Shown: positions 52,198 to 64,000 of the stretch, piece after piece
How the letters are laid out: each line of letters opens with the position of its first letter
Numbering within the stretch: position 1 is the first letter of the stretch
NCBI RefSeq assembly: GCF_006345805.1
Contig: NC_043017.1
Location: 20,026,001 to 20,090,000, forward strand
Length of the DNA: 64,000 nt
DNA from: Octopus sinensis
Taxonomy: Eukaryota
Reading direction: 5' to 3'
The notes under the pieces: model-generated
Database searches by the model: none
What the model was told of the DNA's origin: nothing
Seen by the model: the letters and a program-made list of their open reading frames with translations, nothing else
Position numbers and translations under genes: made by a program

Positions 52198-53172
52198 TGT
52201 GTATATATATATATATGGCTGATGCTGGTGTGACATGGCCCTAAATTTTGGGGGAGAAGACCAGTCGATTAAATCAACTCCAGTATGCAGCTGGTACTTA
52301 ATTTATTGACCCCGAAAGAATGAGAAGCAAAATTAATTTCGGCGGAATTTGAACTGAGAATATAAAGACAGACGAAATACAGCTAAGCATTTCGCCTGGC
52401 GTGCTAACGATTCTACCAGCACACCATCATAATAATAATAATAATAATAATAACAACAATAATAATAATAATAAGAAGAAGAATAACAGCAACAGCAATA
52501 ACAACAAGAACAATAATTATAATGTCAGTAATATTAATAACTAATAGTAATGAGAATTATAATGAGTAATAACCATAAGGCTTGTTATTTTAATGATGGT
52601 GACAGCAATCAGCAAAGAATCAAAATCTAATGCAAGTTCCCTCTCCTGCCTCCACCGACCCGAAGTAATTAAATTATTATATAATGAAGTGAAAATTCCA
52701 CCCCAACCAAATACCAAAGCTTCATGGGACCAATATTTCCAAAGGAAATGACTCTAGCTGGAAGGGGGCGGTTATTATTTATTTATTTGTTTTGACAGTG
52801 TTTTTTGCGATAGTTCCCTTTAAGTGTCTCTTGATTTCTAATTCAAGCCCATAGCTGCGTCACTAATCACAGTTCGCGTTATTAAACTAATCAATAACGA
52901 ACCAGCATTGATTTGTCACCGAGATCAGGAAGTCATGCGAGAAGAACCTAATGTCACATTTATATTTTATCCTTTTATTGGTTTCAGTCATTGGGCTGTG
53001 GCCATACTGGGGCACCACCTCGAACAAATCAACACGAGTACTTAAATTTTGAGCATGATATTTGTTCCGTTTGGCATTTTGCGGAACTGTCAAGCTATAA
53101 GGATGTAAACAAACCAACACCAGTTGTCAAGCTTTGACGAAGGTCAAACACATACACATTGACACACACATA

Positions 53173-53206
<34 letters not shown>

Positions 53207-53221
53207 GATGCACAACATACA

Positions 53222-53436
53222 CGAGGAGTGCTGAAAATTTCCTGGCTTTGGGTAAAAGAAAATGCAGGAGGATTAATTAATTATGATTTTATTCAACATA
53301 TTTCCCTCCCAGATTCGCACACTTATTGCAGCAGTCCTTCAGTTTTTCTAAGGTCTGTAAAAGAACTTAGAAGTTTGGGCCTCCAATGAAGCCTTCAAGA
53401 TATCCTTAAAGTCATGAACTCTTTAGCACTCTCTCA
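53222..53436. mobile_element. Mariner-type MITE
   Basis: Imperfect TIRs cgaggagtgctgaaaatttcctggctt and aagtcatgaactctttagcactctctca, with TA at the right flank. Resembles CGAGG-starting mariner TIRs. Confidence 0.65.
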
Positions 53437-53612
53437 TATATATATATATATATAATATATATATATATATATAATATATATTATATATATATATATATAT
53501 ATTCACATATTATATATGTATATATATATATATGTATATGTATACATATGTATATATATACATAATATATATATATATATATATACATACACATACATAT
53601 ATATATATACAC

Positions 53613-53643
<31 letters not shown>

Positions 53644-53755
53644 ATATATATATATATACTATATATATTATATATATATATATATATTATATATATATAT
53701 ACATACATATATATATATATATATAAAAATATATATATGTATATATACACATATC

Positions 53756-54240
53756 AGAGTGGATGGCATTAGGAAGGGCATCCAGCTGTAGAAACCATGC
53801 CAAATCAGACTGGAGTCTGATGCAGCCCCTCAGCTTACCAGCCCTGGTAAAACCGTCCAACCCATGCTAGCATGGACAACAGACGTTAAATGATGATGAT
53901 GATGATGATGATGATGACGATGGGTTTCTTTTAGACCTTCCACAGCAGAAATAGTTCCAGGAGAAATTCTCCTTCAAGCCATGTGAGGAAACACATTCTG
54001 GGTGTGAATCATGTCAATTGGAATGTAAAATTCATGCATTTCTCTTTCATCACCAACATCATTTAACGTCCGTGTTCCTTGCTGGTATGGGTTGGACAGT
54101 TTGATAACCACCGATGCATCCATGGGCTGCATTGGGTGCTAGAGTCTGTTTCAGATTTTACATCCGGATGCCTTTTCTTAGTGCCAACCATTTTTACTGC
54201 ATGGACGGGGTGCTCTTCTACATGGCATGTGCACTATTGA
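53756..54240. mobile_element. Two family E fragments in tail-to-tail inverted orientation
   Basis: Plus copy at about 53756-53920 and decayed minus copy at about 54050-54240. Other decayed copies at about 5590-5720, 6985-7075 and 10100-10165. Confidence 0.7.
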
Positions 54241-55877
54241 GGTTGCCATGATGTTTGCAGGACTAGAAATCTTGGGGAAGGTGGGGGTTGGTTTAGCTTC
54301 ATGTTTGGGGAGGAGAAGATTGCTATCGGGGGAGGAGGGTGAGGCAGGTTCCTGCTGAGGGATCAACATGGCTACTCACACCTGGTATGGAAAACAAATA
54401 ATATCATATACATCTGTATGCATATCTATATATATAAAACTGAGAATGTGTGTCTGTCTGTGTGATTCCCTAAAACTACACATCACCGATGATGTTGACT
54501 TGTTCTTCTTTTCGGATTATGGCTGCTGTTGCTTAGTGAGTGGGATTGACTCAGTGCACAGCCTTTCCTCACTTTAAAAAAAATCTTCTTGCACAGGCAT
54601 TGCACGATAACAACATTAACCATATATATATATATATATATTAAGGTATGTAGAAAAATACAATATATATATATATATATTTATATGTATGCATTTATAT
54701 ATTTGGTTCTGTCAGGTGTCTTGTCCACCTTCCATGCACCAGGGCAAGATTGAGATGACACCCATGACTGACATTGCCAGTTTAGTCACTGACAACCCAA
54801 CCATGTAACAAATATCACAGGTTTACAAGATTACCTGGAGCAGATTAGTTTTGGCTTGACCAGACTTATTATTCATAATGATACAGGCTCCATAAATTGG
54901 AAAGAAAATTTTAAATAATTTTTATTAGCTGTAACCCCAGTAACCTAAAAAAAAAAACCCAATTAAATAAAGTGTGGGGGATGTATATCAATTGATTGGC
55001 AAAAAAAATTTTCAATCAGTTTTCTCAGCTAGAAATTGAATGGAGTGTTCATAAAGCTACTTCGGTCATTAGTGCTAATTCCCATTTTATTAATATTTTC
55101 TTTCCATTTTCTATAAATTCAAATTTTTTTTGCAGATTTTCATAAAATTGGTGGTACAACCATGTGAATGTAGTCGCTAGAAATTCTGATAATATTTTGG
55201 TATGGAAAACATCACCGGAACAACACACTAATTTAATCAAGTATTAAGCATGATAAAACCATTTTAATGTAAAGAGTTTAATGCTTTAACCATTGCAATA
55301 TTTTCTTCTTGATTTTGATAAAAAAAAAAACGTAATTCCTTTTTCTATTTTCAGTTTATTGGTTATTTAAATATTTTAAAAACTCATTTTTAAAAATGAC
55401 ACTTTGAGGCAACTGATTAATTTAAAATTTATTTCATTATTTTTTTCTATCCATTTGTTTGATTAATTTAAATTAATTCAATGAGGAATCTAAAACAAAA
55501 TTGGAAAGTTCAACAAAGAAATATGCTATTAAAAAGGTGAAAACAAAAGGAACAGATAAAACTGACCAGTTCTAACACATGACTGCACAAGCTAAACAAA
55601 TGTTCCAATCACTATGGGGATTTTTGACTTGGTGAGGAATTCTTTAGTTTACTGCAGTTTTTATTTTTTTTTTTCACTTTTAATCAATGCGAAAGGAAAG
55701 ATTAGTTGGTGTAATGTTGCGGGCAAAATCAGCTTCTGTGGAAGCTGGCAGCATAACCATTGTGAGCTGCATCGGTAGTGGAGCTAAACTAAGAATAAAT
55801 ATAACTCAGCATACAGACATGTTGGAGTGGAAGGTAGCATTTGTAAAAAAGGCTGAATGATATTAATAATAATAATG

Positions 55878-55918
<41 letters not shown>

Positions 55919-56192
55919 TTAATAATAATAATAATAATGGGATGCTTTTGGTGGGATTTTTAATGCAAAAAGGTAGCCACCTGTTGAGAATCAAACCCTG
56001 CAATTCTTGATGACTTTGGAAAACTGATTTCATTGAATATTTAAAAAACAATTATCAGATTTAAAGAAGGTATGATATTTGGGACTGTGCTAGTGGTATA
56101 TATAATAATAATAATAATAATAATATAATAATAATAATATAATAATATAATAATAATAATAATATAATGTGTGTGTAAATATACATATACAT

Positions 56193-56247
<55 letters not shown>

Positions 56248-56333
56248 CAATGTCTCTAAGTGTGACTGAGAGTGCTGAAGTACCTATATTGCAAAAAATA
56301 AGAGTTAAAAATTTTTAATGCTGTATGAAGCAT

Positions 56334-56375
<42 letters not shown>

Positions 56376-56504
56376 AAAGTAAAAAAATATACAAACTGGG
56401 ACAAGAACGTGAAACATTTAGAAGACAACACAAAAAACACGGACGGGACTTTTGAAGCTCTCAGTCATCAGTCAAGAACCGGATCATCTTCGCAATTTCG
56501 GCTG

Positions 56505-56535
<31 letters not shown>

Positions 56536-56825
56536 TACACATTGACAGGGGAGATAACCATCCCATGAGTAACTTCAGGATCACTGGACTAGACTAGTTT
56601 TGCCTATCAGTTGCAGGGTCATCAGCAGTGACTACTCAATCACTTGTTGGTTGGGCTAATTTGACCTGTCAGTATATATATTTACCATATACACATACAT
56701 ATATAAGTATACACATATATATATATTTCACTTGTAAGGATCCATGAAGAATCAAGGTATATTAACGTGAAACATGCCATTAATTGGCTGGCCAGTATCT
56801 TGCAGTGCAGACAGTGAAGCAATCC

Positions 56826-57480
56826 ATCAATGAAAATATTTAACCATAAACCAATGAAAATATTTAATCATAGAGTATGAATATTTAATTATTACTCGTT
56901 AATATTCAAGCATAAGCCAATGAAAATATTTCACTGTAAACTCATGAAAATATTTAATCATAAACCAATAGATATTTAACCACAGATCTATGAAAATATT
57001 TAACCATAAATCATGAGAATTTAAAGATAATATTCAAAAAAATATTGTTTTAAAAAATCAATGAAAATATTTAACCATAAACCAATAGATATTTAATCAC
57101 AGATCTATGAAAATATTTAACCATAAATCATGAGAATTTAAAGATAATATTCAAGAAAATATTTTTTTAAAAATCAATGAAAATATTTAACCATAAACCA
57201 ATAGATATTTAACCACAGATCTATGAAATACTTAACCATAAATCATGAGCATTTAAAGATAATATTAAAAAAAATTTTTTTTTAAATCAATGAAAATATT
57301 TAACCATAAACCAATGAGAATATCTAACACTAAACTAATGAAATGCTTAACTGTAAATCAATGGAAATATTGGACTAGAAATCATAAATATTTAATGGCT
57401 AAACCGATAAAAACCATTATGTTTAAACTGACCACCATAGACATTTCAATGTAATTCACTGAAAATATTCAACAATAAAC
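56826..57480. repeat. AT-rich minisatellite with a higher-order period of 113-117 bp
   Basis: Monomer about atgaaaatatttaaccataaacca. Higher-order unit starts at 56944, 57061, 57177 and 57290. Confidence 0.9.
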
Positions 57481-57522
57481 CGCTTAAAACGACATAAATA
57501 TGTCCTCATTCACACACACCAC

Positions 57523-57695
57523 TGCAGGCATGGCTGTGATGTAAGAAGCTTACTTCTAAGCCACATGGTTCCAGGTTCAGTCCCACTGCATGGCACCTTA
57601 GGCAAGTGTCTTCTATTAGAGCCTTGGGCCAACCAAAGCCTTGTGAGTGGATTTGGTAGATGGAAACTGAAAGAAGCTTGTCCTATATATATATA

Positions 57696-57758
<63 letters not shown>

Positions 57759-57955
57759 TATAGATAGATGCAGGTATGGCTATGTGGTAAGAAGCTTGCT
57801 TCCCAACCACATGGTTCCAGGTTCTGCCTCATTGCATGGCACCTTGGGCAAGTGTCTTCTACTATAACCTTGGGCCAACCAATGCCTTGAAAGTGGATTT
57901 AGTAGATGGAAACTGAAAGAAGCCCATTCTATATATATATATATATATATATGTC

Positions 57956-57989
<34 letters not shown>

Positions 57990-58200
57990 TGTTCCCCCTC
58001 TCTCCACCACCACCACTTGACAACCAGTGTTGGTGTGTTTACATCCCTGAAACTTAGCGGTTCAGCAAAAGAGACTGACAGAATAAGTTCCGGGCTTAAA
58101 AGAAAACAAATAAGAGTACTGGGGTGAATTCCACCAGCTAAAAATTCCTAGAGGCGGTGCTCCAGCATGGCCACAGTCTAATGACTGAAACAAGCAAAAG
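57523..58200 (+). mobile_element. SINE family A: head-only copy, (TA)n, then a full copy in tandem
   Basis: Heads start at about 57523 and 57768. Confidence 0.9.
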
Positions 58201-58375
58201 ACAGCTTATATCACACAACCACTCCCCTCTGCCAACCCCTGCCCGCCCTCAAATCAATTTTAAAAATCAGCTGTGACGTGTGAGTGCGTCACTGCTTATT
58301 CAGGTTCTCATCTTCCAGTTTTCCAATTTTACTTCAAAAATTTGTGGCTTATGGTTTGATGGCATCAACGCTATT

Positions 58376-58979
58376 TCAAGCTGGCAGAATCGTTAGCACG
58401 CCGGATGAAATGCTTAACGGTATTTCGTCTGTTGTTATGTTGTGAGTTCAAATTCCGCCGAGGTTGACTTTGCCTTTCATCCTTTCAGGGTCGATAAATT
58501 AAGCACCAGTTACGCACTGGGGTCGATATAATCGACTTAATCCGTTTGTCCGTCCTTGTTTGTCCCCTCTATGTTTAGCCCCTTGTGGGTAGTAAAGAAA
58601 TAGGTATTTCGTCTGTCGATACGTTGTGAGTTCAAATTCCGCCGAGGTTGACTTTGCCTTTCATCCTTTCGGGGTCGATAAATTGAGCACCAGTTACGCA
58701 CTGGGGTCGATGTAATCGACTTAATCTCTTTGTCCGTCCTTGTTTGTCCCCTCTATGTTTAGCCCCTTGTGGGTAGTAAAGAAATAGGTATTTCGTCTGT
58801 CGTTACGTTGTGAGTTCAAATTCCGCCGAGGTTGACTTTGCCTTTCATCCTTTTGGGGTCGATAAGTTAAGTACCAGTTACGCACTGGGGTCAATGTAAT
58901 CGACTTAATCTCTTTGTCCGTCCTTGTTTGTCCCCTCTATGTTTAACCCCTTGTGGGTAATAAAGAAATAGGTATTTCG
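58376..58979 (+). mobile_element. SINE family B with body triplicated in tandem (184-bp period)
   Basis: ggtatttcg starts at 58419, 58603, 58787 and 58971. Confidence 0.95.
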
Positions 58980-59401
58980 GAAGCAGAAGTATTAAAGGGA
59001 ATGGTTCGATTCCAAGGATATGAACGAAAGCATGCGTGCGTGCGTGTGTGTGTGTGTGCATGTGTACACGTGTGTGTTTGTGTGTAATATTACAAGTTGA
59101 ATGTGTGGTGGTGGTGGTGGTGGTGGTGGGGGAGAGAAAGGTTGTGAAGATGTGGACGAACGTATTTATAATTTATTGTCAAACACATGTAAATAATTCA
59201 TGCATTGAAAAATAACACAGTGATCTTAAGACGTGATGACAGTGGGGTTGAGTAAATGGTTGGCAGTAGTGGAGGTGGTGGCAGCGGCGGTTATAGTTAT
59301 GGTGGTGGTCGTGGTAGTGGTTGTAGTTAATCAGGTTTGTGAGTTCAGCCGGAACGAACGAACAATGAAAGAGCAGGAATTAGATGACTCACATTGATAA
59401 C

Positions 59402-59626
59402 GGCGGCGAGCTGGCAGAATCGTTAGCATGTCGGGCGAAATGCTTAGTGGTATTTCGGCTGCCGTTACGTTCTGAGTTCAAATTCCGCCGAGGTCGACTT
59501 TGCCTTTCATCCTTTCGGGGTCGATAAATTCAGTTACGCACTGGGGTCGATGTAACAGACTTAAGCCCTTTGTCTGTCCTTGTTTGTCCCCTCTATGTTT
59601 AGCCCCCTGTGGGCAATAAAGAAATA
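59402..59626 (+). mobile_element. SINE family B
   Basis: Near-consensus copy. Confidence 0.9.
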
Positions 59627-59640
59627 ATTAATGGTAACAA

Positions 59641-60342
59641 GTTTTGGCACAAGGCCAGCAATTTCGGGGGAGGGGGTAAGGCAACTACATCGCTCCCCCC
59701 TCCCCCCAGTGTTTGACAGGTATTTAATTTATCGACTCTAAAAGGATGGAAATCAAAGCTGGCCCAGGTAGGATTTGAACTCAGAGCATAAAGACAGATG
59801 AAATGCCACTGATATTTTACACTTTGTCCGGCGAGCAAACGATTTTGCTTGTTTACTGCCTTAAGGTAAATTTGAACCTGGTCTGATCTGAGTTGAAATG
59901 ATGCAGAAATAATAGAATGCATCTTGAGTGACACATGAAAGTCCTTACCACTGCACTAATAACAATGGCTTTAAATTTCGGCACAAGACCAGCAATTTCA
60001 AGGGAGGAGGGAGGTAAGTCGATCACATCAGCCCCCATTATTTAACTGGTATTCATTTTATTGAACCCAAAACTGACGTTGGCGGAATTTGACCTCAGTA
60101 CGCGAAAACAGATGAAATTCCTTTAAGCATTTTCTGGTGTGTTAATAATAATAATAATAATCCTTTCTATAGGCGCAGGAGTGGCTGTGTGGTAAGTAGC
60201 TTGCTAACCAACCACATGGTTCCGGGTTCAGTCCCACTGCGTGGCATCTTGGGCAAGTGTCTTCTGCTATAGCCCCAGGCCGACTAATGCCTTGTGAGTG
60301 GATTTGGTAGACGGAAACTGAAAGAAGCCTGTCGTATATATG

Positions 60343-60375
<33 letters not shown>

Positions 60376-61115
60376 ATATGTTTGTGTGTCTGTGTTTGTC
60401 CCTCTAGCATTGCTTGACAACCGATGCTGGTGTGTTTACGTCCCCGGCACTTAGCGGTTCGGCAAAAGAGACTGATAGAATAAGTACTGGGCTTACAAAG
60501 AATAAATCCAGGGTTGATTTGCTCGACTAAAGGCGGTGCTCCAGTATGGCCGCAGTCAAATGACTGAAACAAGTAAAAGAGAGAAAGAGATACCATAGGT
60601 ACAAGGCCTGCAATTTGTGAGTGGGGGTAGGGGAATAATCGATTACATCAACCCCAGTGCGTAACTGGTACTTATTTTATTGACCTTGAAATGATGAAAG
60701 GTAAAGTCGACCTCAGAGGAAATTTGAACTCAGAACGTAAGGATGAACGAAATGATGGTAAGCAATCTGCCCAGTGTGCTAACAATTTTCCCAGCTTGCT
60801 GCCTTAATACTGCCTTTCTACCATAGGCACAAGGCCTGAAATTTGGGGGAGGGGGACTAGTTGATTACAATGACCCCAGTGTTTCATCGGTACTTAATTT
60901 ATTGACTGGTGAAAGGATGAAAGGCAAAGTCCACCTTGGCAGTATTTGAACTCGGAATAATAACAACAATAATAGTTTCTAGTACAGGAAGAAAAGAAGC
61001 AATTTTAAGGGAAGGTGGAAGGGTTGCAATCGATCAGAATGACACTGGTACTTGACCGATTGAGCCGCAGGGAGATGAAAAGCAAAGTTGACCGTATCAG
61101 AATTTGAACCTAGAG
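59641..61115 (-). mobile_element. Cluster of SINE B2 copies (B head and core, alternative tail ...ttgctggccttgtgcc)
   Basis: Copies at about 59641-59862, 59965-60145, 60597-60810, 60820-60955 and 60990-61115, with one SINE A among them. Further copies at about 5057-5172 (+), 12325-12527, 27595-27808, 28625-28715 and 52235-52420. Confidence 0.8.
60172..60580 (+). mobile_element. SINE family A, near-consensus
   Basis: ggcgcaggagtggctgtgtggtaagtagc...ggttcagtcccactgcgtggc...tgactgaaacaagtaaaagag. Confidence 0.9.
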
Positions 61116-61144
61116 CATAATAACATCTACTACTACTACTAAGA

Positions 61145-61392
61145 GGCACGTGGCTGAGTGGTTAGGGTGTCAGCAACATGATTGTAAGATTGTGGTTTCG
61201 ATTCCTGGACCGGGCGATGCGTTGTGTTCTTGAGCAAAACACTTCATTTCACGTTGCTCCAGTCCACTCAGCTGGCAAAAATGAGTAACACTGCGATGGA
61301 CTGGCGTCCCGTCCAGCTGGGGAACACATATGCCATAGAAACCAGGAAACCGGGCCCATGAGCCTGGCTAGGCTTTAAAAGGGCGCATTTAT
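61145..61392 (+). mobile_element. SINE family D (tRNA head, gcgatggactggcgtcccgtccag domain)
   Basis: A and B boxes visible. Related heads at about 48463-48590 (+) and 21500-21690 (-). The central motif is reminiscent of V-SINEs, from memory. Confidence 0.75.
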
Positions 61393-61789
61393 TTATTATT
61401 ATGTATTCATTATGTAACAATGTCAATTATATAGAACCAGCAAAGGTCACTTGATGTGCTAAAAATAGCAGATAAATCACAACTTAAATGACAACTTATA
61501 TTTTTAAAAATTATCTTAAGAAGAACCCCTATTTCAGATAGTGTAGTGCTTGAAAGCCCTAAAAAATGACAAGGAGTAGTACAATCAAAGCTGGAATGTT
61601 GTTAATTATAGGTCTACTCAATCAGGACTGTTTACCTGGGGTTGAATAACAATAACAACAGCAACAACAACAGTTTGTTGTGGAAAGTTTTTTAGATGCC
61701 AAAATGTTTACAGATTTTATGCATCTGTTGATGTCTTTTACAGATGAAGAGGGTGGAAGGAGAGAGAGAAGTGGGTTGGGTGTGCATGG

Positions 61790-62856
61790 GTGATGTTTGT
61801 GGTGGTGGTGGTGGTGGGTGATGGTGGGGGAGATTGTTGTGTTATTGTGGTGGTGATGGTGAGGGTGCTGTGGTGATCACGGGGGGGAGGAGGAGGGACG
61901 ATTGTGCTGGGTGGTGGAGACAATGGTGGTGGTAGTGGGGAATTCGTTGTGGGGGAGAGACAAATGTGGTGGTGGTGGTGGTCATGGGTGGGAGACGATT
62001 GTGGTGGCGATCATGGGGAGACGATTGTGGTGGTGGTGGTGGTGGTAGTGTTCCAGACTGTGGTGACGTTGGTAGTGGTGGTGGGTGAGGTGGGGGAGAA
62101 AGGAGGGATTGGTAAGGCAGCACAGACAAACACAGCAACAACACCACCAGGTGTAAACGAGACAGGTAAGAGGTTTTCAAGTTTCTTTTCTTTTATCTTT
62201 TTTCCGGTAATTTAATACTGTTTTGAGTATTAGTGACGCTGTAGCAGCAGCAGTAGTAGTAGTAATGCAGACATAGTAATGGTGGTAGTAGGGGCAGTAG
62301 TAGTAGTGGTAGTGGTGGTGGTGGTGTCAGTAGTGTAGTTGGTGAGGGTGGCAGTAGTAGTAGTGGGGGTGGTGGTGTTGACAGTAATGGCAGTGGTGGT
62401 AGTCGCAGTGGTAGTAGTAGTTATACTACTACTACTACTAGTTGTAGTAATTGTGGAGGTGACAGTAGTAGTAGTTGTAGTAGTAGTAGTAGTAAAAGCT
62501 AAATCATCATGAACGCCATCATCATCATCACTTTCGTCATCATCATCATCATCATCGTCACTTTCGTCGTCATCATCATCATCATTATCGTCACTTTCGT
62601 CATCATCATCATCATTATCGTCACTTTCGTCATCATCATCATCATCACTTTCATCGTCATCATCATCATCATCGTCACTTTCGTCATCATCATCATCATC
62701 ATCGTCACTTTCGTCGTCATCATCATCATCATCGTCACTTCCATCGTCATCGTCACTTCCATCGTCATCGTCACTTCCATCGTCATCGTCATCATCATCT
62801 CTATCATCATTATCATTGCTATCCCTATCATCATCGTCATCGTCCTCCTTGTCACT

Positions 62857-62887
<31 letters not shown>

Positions 62888-62900
62888 CCACCACCACCAT
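61790..62900. repeat. Compound (GGT/GTA/CAT)n tract with a 27-30-bp sub-period (catcatcatcgtcactttcgt)
   Basis: Visible directly. Confidence 0.95.
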
Positions 62901-63109
62901 CACTAAGTAAGTATGTACCTATGAAACGTAATAAGTTGCGACATCGCAAAATGAGACATATTCTATTCATTGTCCCCCCTCCCTCAATACCCCCCTTCAC
63001 TGCCCCCCCCCCGTCTAAACCGTGGCCCCCTCCCCTTCACCTCTTTAGACATGCCGATATGAATTTCTAAACATCATGTGTTGTGATGAGTCTCACACTC
63101 CACCGACTT

Positions 63110-63614
63110 CGTATCTATTTACCTGTCTCTCTCTCCTTCTCTCTATGTCTGTCTCAATCTCTGACTCTCTCTCCTTCTCTATCTCCCTCTCTGTCTGTCT
63201 GTCTCCCTCTCTCTTTATTTCAAGTAGGTCTCTTTCTAAATGCTATCAAAAATCCCTTTCACCCCCTCTTTCATCCCTCTATCTCTCCCTCTCTCCCCTC
63301 TCTATCTAGCTGTCTCTACCTCTCTCCATATGTCTATCTCAATCTCTGTCTCTCTCTCTCTTTCTCCCCTTTGTCTGTCTCTCCTCTATCTCCCTCTCTG
63401 TCTGTCTGTCTCTCTCTCCATTTCAAGTAGGTCTCTTTCTAAATGCTATAAAAATCTCCCTCTCCCCCCTCTATCTCTCCCTCTCTCCTCTACTTCCCTC
63501 TCTATCTAGCTGTCTCTACCTTTCTCCGTATGTCTATCTCAATCTCTGTCTCTCTCTCTCCTTCTCTATCTCCCCCTTTGTCTGTCTGTCTCTCTCTCCT
63601 TCTCTATCTCCCTC

Positions 63615-63645
<31 letters not shown>

Positions 63646-63700
63646 ATTTCAGGTAGGTCTCTTTCTAAATGCTATCAAAAATCTCCCCCCCCCCCCCCGC
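63110..63700. repeat. CT-rich tandem repeat, three units of about 203-226 bp
   Basis: The unique core ca(a/g)gtaggtctctttctaaatgctat starts at 63221, 63424 and 63650. Confidence 0.9.
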
Positions 63701-64000
63701 CACATTCTCAGATATTGTGCATCATCAGCACGACACACCTCGATGCTTACGAGGAGGCGGCGGGAGGGAGGGAGGTGAGACAGCGGAATGGTCGGGGTGG
63801 TGGCCGAGCGGTTCCGTTTGACGGAGGTGAGGAGTGGTGTTGTAGAGCGAGTGTCGGGGTGGTGGGGTTTGGTTGTAGAGGCCTAGCTAAAGTGCGGTAA
63901 CGTGTAACCAGAGCAAAAGGTTTGCGCTTAGATGCTGCGTATGTTTGTCTGCCTGGTGATTACTTTAGCAGAGAGAGAGGGGGGGGGAGGGGGAAGGAAA

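Noticed and set aside
56826-58979. Regularly spaced repeats as a possible CRISPR array
   Set aside because: Eukaryotic context, no unique spacers and no cas genes. These are a minisatellite and a SINE multimer.
62230-63000. 256-aa D/T-rich ORF and overlapping ORFs
   Set aside because: These are translations of trinucleotide repeats that are open in several frames, with no domain.

Overview
Eukaryotic, AT-rich, repeat-saturated DNA. The SINE, LINE and microsatellite content resembles what I recall of Octopus genomes, so the species call is an inference. The only protein-coding sequence I can support is a 73-bp minus-strand exon (29607-29679). It encodes part of a calponin-homology domain of a neuron navigator (NAV2/unc-53/sickie-like) gene, so the rest of the window is probably two very large introns. 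These contain at least six SINE-like families, remnants of CR1/L2-type, RTE-type, R4/Dong-type and probable L1/Tx1-type LINEs, TTAA-flanked and mariner-type MITEs, a Helitron-like element, tandem repeats and a 100-N gap. The most interesting signal is a set of hammerhead-ribozyme-like motifs and long fold-back palindromes in small, mostly (TA)n-embedded retroelement fragments. One is a complete type I hammerhead inside a 127-bp palindrome (41904-42030). Another is a tRNA-headed SINE with a minimal hammerhead in its 3' tail, sitting in a three-layer nested insertion with a 13-14 bp target-site duplication (34861-35713). Family letters A-G are my own labels. Most repeat boundaries are approximate and were read by eye without any database search.
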